64,000 nucleotides of DNA from Ramazzottius varieornatus (Eukaryota; Animalia; Tardigrada): contig BDGG01000001.1 in the NCBI GenBank assembly GCA_001949185.1, positions 2,745,324 to 2,809,323 of the forward strand, in the 5' to 3' direction. This document shows positions 25,401 through 36,100 of the stretch, one piece after another. Numbering within the stretch: the stretch's first letter is position 1; each line of letters begins with the position of its first letter. The notes below the pieces were generated by a model. It was not told where the DNA came from. It was given only the letters and a program-made list of their open reading frames with translations, and ran no database searches. The position numbers and the translations under genes are program-made.

Positions 25401-27442
25401 CAAAAAGCTGACGCTGCCGTTTGGGGCCATCTCCATGGGCCAAGGGCAGGAAATCCCAGCGAGAAGCCTTATCAAGTCTTCCCTGGAAAACGTAGGCTTT
25501 CACGCGAGTGTCTTGACTGCCGTCAGAGTCTAACTTCATTCGGTTTAGGGTGGATGGGTTTTACTGCAAAATTGCCATCTCGGTCTTGACTTCATGGAAG
25601 AATGTATGGAGCTCGCAGTATTGGGAGAAAAGTCCAACCCGACATTCAGGCTATGGATAACCACCGAACCTCATCCCAAGTTCTCGATCTCACTTCTTCA
25701 GGTACGTGTCCGTAGAACATTCAAAGCTGGCTCAGTGTTTCACCGGTACTTTATTTCAATGCGATAAAATGTAATTAATCTTTTCTGTTATGGATGTTGT
25801 GTTGGCCATGGTTTTCAAATTTCAGGCTTCGATTAAGTTCACCAACGATCCTCCTGCTGGTCTAAAAGCCGGTCTCAAACGGACCTTCTCCTCCGTGACG
25901 CAAGAATGGATCGACGTCTTGAACTCGCCCTATTGGAAACCTCTCATCTACTCCGTGTCCTATCTCCATTCCGTCGTCCAAGAGCGTCGAAAGTTCGGTC
26001 CGTTGGGTTGGTGTATCCCATACGAGTTCAACTGGGCGGATTGGTACGCCAGCTGCTTATTCGTTCAGCATCACCTCGAAGACCTCGACCCAAAGAAGCC
26101 AGTGTCCTTCCAAACCGTCCGGTACATGTTGGGTGAAGTTCAGTACGGTGGTCGTGTCACCGACGACTACGACAAGCGCCTCCTCAACACATTTGCCAAA
26201 GTGTGGTTCGGTGAAGAGATGTTTGACGCCAAGTTCGCATTCAGCACAGGATACAAGATTCCACGAGTCAGAACCATCCAAGAGTACCTCGAGGCTATTG
26301 AGCAGCTGCCGCCTGTCGACAGTCCTTTGGCTTTTGGACTGCATCGTAACGCCGACATTACATATCAGACCAACTATGCCACAGATATGTTCGACACCAT
26401 CATCAGTATCCAGCCGAAAGGTGTCTCGGGTGGCGCTGGCAAGACCCGTGAAGAGACAGTCAGGGAGAAGACAGAGGAGATGTTGAAGACTTTACCGAAA
26501 GACTACAACCCATTCGAGATGAAGGAAAGACTGGAGAAGATGGGCAAGAATACACCGATGAATATCTTCTTGCGGCAGGAAATTGAACGTATGCAGAAGG
26601 TGATTAGTACGGTAAGGTCCACGCTGAAGGACCTGATACTGGCCATTGACGGTACCATCATCATGAACGAGGTACATCAACACAACTACAGGACAAATTA
26701 GAGAGTCTAACCCTAAAAAAATAATTTAAAATTTGGAACGATAAAATACGGAAGAAAACAATTTATAATTTAGGTTCTTCGTGATGCGTTGGACAACATG
26801 TTCGACGGTCGTGTTCCTGCAGTGTGGAAGAAGATGTCTTGGGAAGCGACCACCATCGCTTTCTGGTTCGCCGAACTCTTGGATCGTAACACTCAATTCC
26901 TTTTCTGGCTGAACGAAGCTCGGCCAGCCACTTTCTGGATGACTGGTTTCTTCAACCCGCAAGGTTTCCTAACCGCCATGAGGCAAGAGGTAGCCCGAGC
27001 TAATAAAGGCTGGGCACTCGATACTGTCATCCTCCACAACGAAATTACCAAACTCTTCCGAGAAGATATCAAAGCCGGGCCTGACGTGAGTTACAGGAAA
27101 ATCCGAAAAGGTCATCAAATCAAAAATGGCACGGTTTCTGTTTAGGTGGGCGTGTATGTCTATGGGTTGTTCCTGGATGGTGGTAGCTGGGACAAGAAAA
27201 ATTCTCGGCTGGTGGAGTCGTCGCCCAAAGTCATGTTCACAGCGCTGCCCGTAGCGTACCTCTTTGCTGTGACTGGCGATCCACTGAAAGGTCTGAAGAC
27301 CCCGCTCTATCGTTGTCCGATCTACAAGAAACCCCGGAGGACGGACTTGACTTTCATTACGGCCATCTGGCTGGATCCCGGTGCCCTAACGCCAGATATT
27401 TGGACCTTGCGAGGTGTAGCCCTTCTCTGTGATATAAAATAA
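7473..27442 (+). CDS. DNAH5: Axonemal dynein heavy chain, outer-arm gamma type (DNAH5/DNAH8-like), multi-exon
   Basis: AAA1 [19 protein letters not shown] and [10 protein letters not shown]; AAA2 GPSGAGKT; AAA3 GEQGTAKT (DNAH5/8-type); AAA4 GVGGSGKQS; stalk/[22 protein letters not shown]; C-terminus [13 protein letters not shown]. The first four exons (7473-7598, 7674-7746, 7803-7946, 8049 onward) splice in frame and resemble the DNAH5 N-terminus; the start position is less certain than the motor domain. Confidence 0.93.
13094..13216. mobile_element. Palindromic MITE-like element, copy in dynein intron
   Basis: GGAAGCTCGGCAA..CCAAGTGGCGCACG-loop-CGTGCGCCACTTGG..TTTGTTTGGCCAGCTTTC, with ~50-bp inverted arms. 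Confidence 0.8.
14144..14224 (+). tRNA. tRNA-Ser (anticodon CGA), nested in dynein intron 13988-14305
   Basis: Acceptor stem GCCGTGG/CCACGGC plus discriminator G; D-arm TCCGAGTGGTTAAGGA; anticodon arm TCTGA-CTCGAAA-TCAGA; long variable arm; T-arm ATAGG-TTCGAAT-CCTAT; TTTTT Pol III terminator just downstream. Confidence 0.96.
16171..16370. mobile_element. Palindromic MITE-like element, double-core (dimeric) copy in dynein intron
   Basis: Termini GGAAGCTCGGCAAACAAACTC / GAGTTTGTTTGCCGAGCTGCC enclose two tandem GGCGCAC..GTGCGCC-like cores. Confidence 0.8.
21503..22097. repeat. Foldback-like inverted-repeat element in the largest dynein intron (21425-22715)
   Basis: Perfect 17-bp inverted termini GGCTCCTCTCACCACCG (21503-21519) / CGGTGGTGAGAGGAGCC (22081-22097); imperfect ~60-bp inverted match between 21503-21561 and 22011-22068; repeated CACCAC/GTGGTG modules. 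Confidence 0.7.
23885..23983. mobile_element. Palindromic MITE-like element, left-truncated copy in dynein intron
   Basis: CCAAGTGGTGCACG-loop-CGTGCGCCACTTGG..CTGCCGAGCTTCC|AAAT. Confidence 0.75.
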
Positions 27443-27719
27443 GCTTCGAAACTATTGCTGGAATTTCAGCATCTGTATGGTCTTGGGAGCCATATTATAC
27501 GTCCCAGTTCCTCTCTTGTGATCTCTGTCTTACCCGTTCTCTGCAGTCTTGGGACGCTGTTCTTTTATTTAGCTAGTCTGAACAGTAGAGTGTTCATGGC
27601 TCATTTTGCCCGATGATGGCGGTCAATACTTCCTGGTTCATTTCCCGGTACGACAAAATAATATAATGCAAAATGTTTTGGTTTCATCGCATTAAGGTCA
27701 AAAAACTAAAACAACCGTG

Positions 27720-28978
27720 CTATGACGCTTTCTCGTTCGTCTGGGGAAATTGGTTCCGTATAAGGGCGAACTCGATCAGCCGGGAGAGAAAGTCTTCCGG
27801 TGCGGTCTTCGATATCGCGAGTATCTGCAATTTATTCCGGGTTTTTTTAGCGAAAATCTGGAACGACAATCAAATACAAAGCGGGGAACTAGACTAACCT
27901 CCCCCATGGTCGACGAAGAGCTGAACGCCACTCCACATTGTGCATTCACTTCTAGTACATACAATTGCGAACTCCCTGGACCGTCCTCCCGAATGTCCAC
28001 TCTAGCGTATCCTGACCCGCCAAGTGCCAAATATGCATCTCGCGCCAGTTGCTGCAAAGTTTCCTGGTCCTTCTCCGAGGCAATCCGGTATTCGTAAACA
28101 CGTGTCGTAGGTTCATTGCCCGCCAGATCATATCCACTCCAGTATCGCTCAAACGCCAGGAAGCGTTTCTCAACGGGCAGACTCTCGTTGAAAACTCGTT
28201 CGACTGCTGGAAAGACTTTCACACCTGTCGCGCTACTTCCGGTGACTAATACGGTAAATTCCCTCCCGCTCAGAAATTTCTCTAGAAATATTCCGTCAGA
28301 TGCAGGTTCATCAAGCAATAGCTTTTCGATATGGCGAATGGCGTCTTGGGCATTGTGAACGACTGACTGGTCCGAAATACCATAACTGGCGTACGAGATT
28401 GACGGCTTAATTATCAACGGAAATCCAGTCAATTCTCCAGCAGATATTACATCCTCTTGTACCGTTTTTTTGGAACGAACCTCCACATATTTTGGCGTAG
28501 CAACATGGTGATTCAACAACGCCTGCTTTAGGCGGGGTTTGGACGTGGAGATGTGGTAAAAGGTGGCATCTGATCCAGTGAAGGGGACGTTCAGCGTTTC
28601 GATGTACCGAATAACGGTTAGACCCGGATATCCGTCGACCTCGGTACCGTCAATCAAGTTGAGGAGAACCAGCTGACATCCATCTGCTTTCAAGCGGTCG
28701 CTTTCTCGCACCAGTCCGTCCAGCAAATCCCGGAAGTTCTCAAGATTGGTTGAATGGATGGTGACTTGGGCGAAGGCAGCTCGGCGCAAAGCGGTGGAAA
28801 GATCCTGTCGCTGCTCCTCTTTCCCATATCTGCGAGGAGAGAACTAGTTTACCTGGAAATTGAGTTACAACCAAGAAAGTTCTACATACTCATTGGTAAG
28901 CAACAGCGAATCTGAAACTGCATGGTCCGTAGATAATTCTCCAACAAGTATATGCACAGCTATCTTACTAGGGTCCAT
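27720..28978 (-). CDS. D-Ala-D-Ala-ligase-like ATP-grasp protein, copy 1 (374 aa; exons 28978-28890, 28829-27899, 27824-27720)
   Basis: Ddl-type motifs VPFTGSD, GFPLIIKPS..S.GIS, FLEKFLSGREFTV, ARDAYLALGGSGYARVDIR, YVLEVN. Two GT-AG introns (60 and 74 nt) give an open frame from MDPSK to a stop. Colinear with copy 2. Confidence 0.88.
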
Positions 28979-30113
28979 GTTCCACACATGGAATAATTAA
29001 CCTGGCCTGCTGCCATGACATCTCGCCGAATGTGGGCAGTGCTTGGAAAAGTTGACCAAGAAAATACGGCACGCATTTATACGGAATGAGCAAAAATACT
29101 TTCGGCACAATGGCACGAGGTTAAAAAGAACAAGTTTGTTTGGTCGGGCAGAAGCGAGACGCTACTATGCAAATGATGAATCAGTTCTTTGTTAGGCTGC
29201 GCACCGCTAAAGTCAACAAGATGTACCTGTTGAACAAACGTAAATCTATGAGTAACTGCGAAACAGTTTTCTCAAACTCCTCAATGAACTTGCTCTTCCT
29301 GCCGTGCACCACAACTTTCGTGCAGAGAAAAGATTTAATACTGAGATTAGCCAACTATTGGCAGAATTTCGTTGTTGAAGCCTACGTACCGTATCCGCTG
29401 CACAGTAGCGGACGTTAGTACTGTTTGTGTACTATAGAATCACAATAAAAAGGAGTACCGCCATTAAATCCGGTGGTTCTTGGACTGTGGGCACTTCAGA
29501 ATTTCAACCGGGGCAGTAACGTTTACAGGTACGGGAACGGGTATATTGAGTTGCGGTACGATACGACGCGAAGCGGGTGTACCCACTACTGTACAGGTTG
29601 TACGAGTATGAACTGACGAATTACTCACCCGAAGGTCCGCCCATCAAACTGTGCTGTCCAATAAGACGTCCTGCTGTCGTTTGGCAAAACAAGACGGCCA
29701 GTCCAGCTACAAAAGTTTGGCGCATATGGAAATTTCGCCATGTTCTGCTGACTTTATCGGTTTTTATCCTATCAACTTGTGATACCTACCTACCTTTCCA
29801 CTTATTTTGTCATCGCTCCTTGCCGACTCGAGTGTTTATTCTTCTAGGCTACGTTACCACTGTCTTGTTTGTAGGCGATGGATTGACGCTCGCAGGACTC
29901 TCTGGGAATCCAACTCCATCTCATCCAGGACGCACTTCCGGTCATCCCAATCACCGTCCTCTCGGGATTTACCATCAACGACTCTTCTCGTTTGCTAAAA
30001 ATGTCGATTGACGCCGGACTACTTTAACGATCCCGATCCACTTGCGGACGTTCTTCCTAAAGATGTTTATCGAAGACGGGATGCCGTGTGATTTCTTTGC
30101 AGACAGTGAGAAG

Positions 30114-33100
30114 ATGTCCTCCGGATTCCGTCATGTCAAGACCGCTCTACCGTTTCTTCTGCTCCTCGTTTTAATTGGAAATACGGAGGGCTTTGGACGT
30201 CCACGAGAACAGTTCCCGGAGAAAGGTAAGTGTCCACCGAGAGAAAATTTTCTTCGTATCCGTTCGGCTTCGGAATTAGAGAAGGCAGTCTTATATCGAC
30301 CGGCGTACATAACAATACGGATATAAGGCTAATTAAGCAAAATGTTAACCTATATATCTGCAGTTTCTGTGCGGAAGATGTGTCGATGTTGCTTTCGGTG
30401 TTTATGTGATGTAATGTAGCGGAACCAAGTGGAAATGCGGTTGAGTGCGCAACGTGAATGTGAACAAAAAACTCGTGGCGTTCTTTTAACCGTTAGATAG
30501 AAAACGAGGAGCCTGTATACATAGAATAAGTCGAGATTACGGCAGGTGAGCGAACTCAAAGCGGCTTGTTGTTGTTTGAGATGGAAAACATCTTGTGAGC
30601 CGTGTTGGTTTGACTTTGATTTGACATCGCGAGTCGGACAAGTGTCTGGACAATAGTAATCATGCCGGTACAAATTGGGTGTTTAATGCTGGCCCGGATG
30701 GAATCTCAATTTCACGACAGATAACGTTTGAGATATTGAATTTTATTGAGCATGTATCCTAGTTGTGTTCGCCTTTGTCTAGCCTGAGAAGTGTTTCGAG
30801 TGTGGGGACCAAAGGCTCTTTTACGGATTTGCCATGAGAATAAGCAGGATTGACTGTCCCTTTAGGCCAACAATTACACCCGTACACTCGCGCTTCTTAT
30901 CCCTCTATAATCTCTTGGGCTTGAAGGCTACGACGGAGAGTCTTTTGCGGCCTTTCGACCACGACTGATATCTGTCTGGGAAATTTGAGCTACACGGAGC
31001 ATTCCATCGCACACTTGACCAGTTGTGAGGAAAGATATCATAAATATGCGCTGCACTCTTACCTGTGCTCTTTTGTCCGGACATATTTACCCTCTCCCTC
31101 CACGTCTTCTTGTAGAAAAATATTACTTTTCGGTCCTTTGCTCAAACGGCAGTCAACATTGCTTCGTTTGACGTTCGTCGTTCACCATCCAAGGGAACAA
31201 CTTCGTTCGAATTCGACACACCAGGAATTTCAAAGCCTAGTCGACGGCGAACCTCTTTTCGGATTTCTCCAAAATATTTTAAAAGTAAATTTAAAAATAA
31301 CAAAATTAGAATCTGACTTTCTTGCATATTTTCTAAACTTTTTCGTCGGATGTCAAGTGTTAATGTGGCATGTAATTGCTTAACGGGCAAAGTTTATGTG
31401 TTTTCGCCGCAGTGTTCGTCGAGTGCGCGGAAACTAAGCATTGGGTCGCCCTCGTCCGCATAACAAAAAGCAAGACAGCACAGCGTTCTTTGGTGCTCTT
31501 CGCGCCACACCCTGCTGTGTTCAGACACTTGGCAGCCATGTCGTTGCCAATTTGCGGACGTTCTTCAAGATATCCAGTTCTGTTATGATAGCGTCCAACA
31601 GGGAAATGGATCATTTCGCTCTTCGTACCGTATCTTGTTGATCGTGGGAGGTATTTCCGCATTCACAAGTCCCAACTGTCTCTCCAATATATTTGAGCCT
31701 TCCCTTCCAATCTCTGTGTTTACTAAATAGTCTAACCCGAAGAGATACGCAACCATTCGGCCTCGGAGAGATGTCATAAACACGCTCTAGAATTTACGTC
31801 AAGCTTTCTGTGAATGGATAGGCCTTATTGAGCACTATCTTATCGACGACATAAGGATGAGTCTTATAGCGTCTTGTGGTAATTTAGCGGAAGGAAATGG
31901 CAGGCCGCAAGCTCGATGATTCAGTATAGTGCGTCAGAAGTGTACGGTAACAACGTCGCGTACTTCCGCCCGTATCGAGAGACCCGTCGACAAGATATCG
32001 CTTGGCGGTTTCATGTTGGTTTCATGGCGTCGTTATGACCAACGAGGTCTTCAGCACGAGTTCGCGCTCGTGTCAGGTCGCGGCAATAAAGGAATCTGTC
32101 TTGATATTGTTTCTGGCTCGCAGCTGTCAAACTCGACTTGTGACTTTATATCGGCAAAAACTCGTTTTGTGCGTCGGGTTTACACCCCAATATAGGAAGT
32201 ATGATCAGGGTGTTGCGAGCAGAAATCAGCTGAGTCACACGCTGATTAACAACCAATTTTCTGCGTCGCCTGATTTTTTTAATTGTCCGAAACAACGCAG
32301 TAGCTTTTAGAGCACATATACGGCTCATACTAGAATATATGTTCCAGATTGAATATCTAATTTATCGAATTCATTGTTGAAGTTTTTGTGCGGAATTTTT
32401 CACTGGGAAGGGGTTCTCGCTTTTGATGGATGGGAATAAGTTTGATTAAAGATCGTGTTTGACGCAAGCGGGCATTTTCTTCCTTCTCACTTCGATCAGC
32501 AAACAAATGGGTTAGATCAAAACAAGCATTTATCCACGTACAAGTCTTTATTGAATATCCTGCGTGAACTGGCTGGTCGAATGTCAGAGCAAACATTGTT
32601 ATACCCCACCGCGTCGTTACTTTTGCCGCTAATCGCTGTCGACACGGGAAAATTCGCCTGCATCGACGCTTTACAGCTCTTCAGAGTCTCCCTTACTTTA
32701 CGACCAGCTATAAAATCATATGGACATCCAAGGGTGAAAAAGTTGGCGCTGCACTTTTCAAAGGGCTCCTTTCATCGCCGTAGTGCCATATTTCCGGTTG
32801 GCGCGTGTTTGACAGTTTTGGCTATCTGCATGTTGAGACACCCTCTCTTTACAGGCGTATCGCACGACCAGAGATAATATGAGGCCTTCAGTGTAAGAAG
32901 AAATCCCAAGAGCGTTAATGAGCACATTTCCCATCTTTGCTCAAGCGGCTGTTTCTATCGTTCCCGCGCTTGACGATCGTCCCTTGTGCGTGTGTCGTCC
33001 GCATTCCAATCTCGCAGGCGCACTTCTCAATTGACGCATTTCACTTAGGACCATTATCTGCTAGGAACTCTCTAACTAATCCCGGAAATCCGCGTATGTT

Positions 33101-36100
33101 TTGGGCCTAGATTCCCTTCGGACCCTCTTTCGGCCAGTAATTCCGAGACTAATTCCATTCGGTCAGAAGTTTGTTCCTGGTTCCTGATCCACGAGTGTAA
33201 TTCACCGATCTCGAGGAACCACACACCTTATCTGGTGGGTTTTCCGCGAAATCGAGCTGCGTACTCGTCAGTTGAGCTGATCAGGATGTGCGTATACTGT
33301 CGAGCAAGCATAGCGAGGAACCATCACGAACTTCAAACATGTGTACTCTGCCCACCACCACATGTTTTTTGAGATGTGGCCAGTTTATCTTGGTTAGAAG
33401 AGAGTTAGGCATATGCTACAGTCATTTATAAATAAATAATTATCAATCGATCATTGAGGATTCTAACAGATGATGATCTGTATCATCTTTCTCCTCTCTG
33501 GACATTCGAGAAATTTCCAAACAGAAGACGTAATCACTTTCCATTCTCCGAGCCTGTAATCGCGTTGCCTTGTGAAAAATTTCTTCTAATCATTGTCTGA
33601 GCTTAAGACTGTCCAGTCCCTGTACGCAGGTTCTTGGACTTTCATCTGACAGCTTGGCGAGCATACAGATTTCGTGTTGATTGCCTGCTGTCTGAAGTTG
33701 CTTCAGTCTGTCCGACGTCAGTGTGAAATTCCTAGTCAGCAATCTCGTCAGCGCGCGTTTTTCCCTCGCCACGCTCCTGTGGTCTCGAACAAGATGATGC
33801 GCAGGTCCCAGTGTTCATCCATCACCATTAGCATGCATTGATGGAACTTTTGGATTCGGTTCCAGTCTCTTGTGCCGTAGCTGTATGTGCTCAGAGGATC
33901 AGTTGGTACTTGACAGATGACAGCTCCGACAATCCACGACATTTACGCAGAGCTTGAGTCTCTCGATGAGTCTCGAGTAGCTGCAGAACGAATCATCCGA
34001 AGCGTGTTGTGTAAACAAGAACAGGCTCAACGAGGAGAATGAAGAAGCTCCAGATCATATCCGTAACATGAGAACTCCCAGTTCCGCAAAATTCACCCGC
34101 GCCACCTGTCGGTGGTATTGCCTCCGCAGTGACGTCGTTGCAGCCAAGGTGGCGCTGTGGTACGAATCAGAGTCGAAATGTACGATGAAGTTTTGAACAA
34201 TTTCGAATTCAGTTGAAGTCGTTTTGCAGTTTGGTGATGCTTGCTCTGCTTACGGATCTAACTTAAAATATCGACTTATGATATCGACTGTTTACCGTCG
34301 TCTTGCCAGAGGAAGAATCAGAACTAGAACGACCCCGACCTTATGTGGGCCACTGGATTGAAGAGCTTTGTTGATGCCGCGTTCGAGTAGGTCGTGAAAA
34401 GCAAACAATTAAACATCCACCATAAAGATTAGAGTCGAGGTCAAATTCATAAGGTCTGCCCTTTGTCTTCCGAACTGAGCTTGGTCGGCACGAGGCTGGA
34501 AAGTTTAATGGATATGGATACAAATATTATGCAGACGAAATTGCCGGGCGTTTTAGAGTACAGCACCTTTTCTTCAAGGCAAGATCATCATTACTGCTCT
34601 CTTCGTGCAGATATGCGATGATTATCTGGTCATAGCGTGTTGCCCATGCTGTTGTTGATATTTGATAAAGATCGGGAAATTGTTGAGCACGAGATAGGCA
34701 AGACGGAGCGTAATTGACCAGCACCGAGCGTGCCATATTCTTCCTGGATTGCAGAATGTGGTGTGGTGACAACAGAATACCACTCTCCACTCTCTCCTAT
34801 CTAATGACACACATCTCGGATAATTTAAAATTGACAAATTGCCCATGCGAACTGCATTCCACTGCATGTCCGAAGATGTATCCTGCTTGGGGAGAAGTAA
34901 CAGGTGAAGAAGGCCACGAGGCGCATCACAGTGGCCACTTCAGACAATATTCCGAGACTTTGGTCAAACATTGGTCAAGCAAGCCGTCCTTTTTCCTGTT
35001 TCTTCTCACAGCCACGGATACCGGCTCGGAGAGAAAGATCTGGGGAAATACCTCCAGGTGACGGAAATGGGAGAATCTGCTCGTTTCAGAAACCTAGGGC
35101 AGACCACGTAGTCGATGGTGTACGTAGGCTTTAGACTTGGTGTGCGGACTACAGACCGTAAAAAGTTTATCAGGATCAAATAGCGGAAGTATTTGCAGTG
35201 GTTTACATAATATTTTTTCAGGCTTCAGGAAGGTTTAAACCTACACCGAGGACGTTGTGCGAGAAATTTGGAAGGGTGGATTCAGCTGCTCGAAGATGTT
35301 TAGACAGGGGAGTTCTGCACACACCTGCGTACTGGCACTATAGGTGGCGATGTTTGGAGCCAGTCTGAGCTCCCTCGTAGGGAGATAGGAGAAGAAAGCA
35401 AATTAGGTTTATGTAGCGGGAAAGGGCGTGGTCATAGCCGTACCTGTTGATCTTGTGGCTGATGGCTACGGATCAGAGCGCGGATCGATGTTCTACAGGT
35501 ATACGTAGATACGGAGACTGTACGGCAGCTCGGAATGTACCTGCTGCTGACAGTTGAAGGTGCTGAGATGTGATACAGGCAGTTGAATTCATGCCATCAA
35601 AATCTTCTTGACCAAGGTGTCTGTTTTGTGCTGCGCTTTGCGTCTTTTGCGTATGTACGAAAGCCAAAAGTGTGACTCGAGTAAATAATCTGGATTTTGT
35701 CTGATGGTTCGCTTGTTGTGATATTGCACACGGAGTTTCGATCGGTGTCGCAGTTGCAGCTGTACTTACTTGGCAGCGTTGTTATCCAAAAGTTGTACCA
35801 GCTGATTGGCGCTTGTATACGATGTGGCTTTTGATATAGAGCACAACTTTTATGCATGTGAACGGTTATATGTTTATATTGATAACGAAATCTCTGTGCT
35901 TGGTCCCGTTTTGATAAACGTGCGGAAACCTAAACGGCCTTCGTGGAAAGTTTGTGGACGTTGAGCGGCTGAAGAATATCGTGTCGTGTCGGGAAAGCCG
36001 AAGATTTTTCTTGGCGGTGTTGTTTTGTGGTTTATTGGTGGAGTGTTTTTTTGCGATTGTGGCTTTACGGCTCGGCGAGCTTTGTTGTACGGACCTTTAT

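Noticed and set aside
27720-28978. ATP-grasp genes as bacterial contamination or misassembly
   Set aside because: Both copies have GT-AG introns at the same positions and are contiguous with clearly animal genes.
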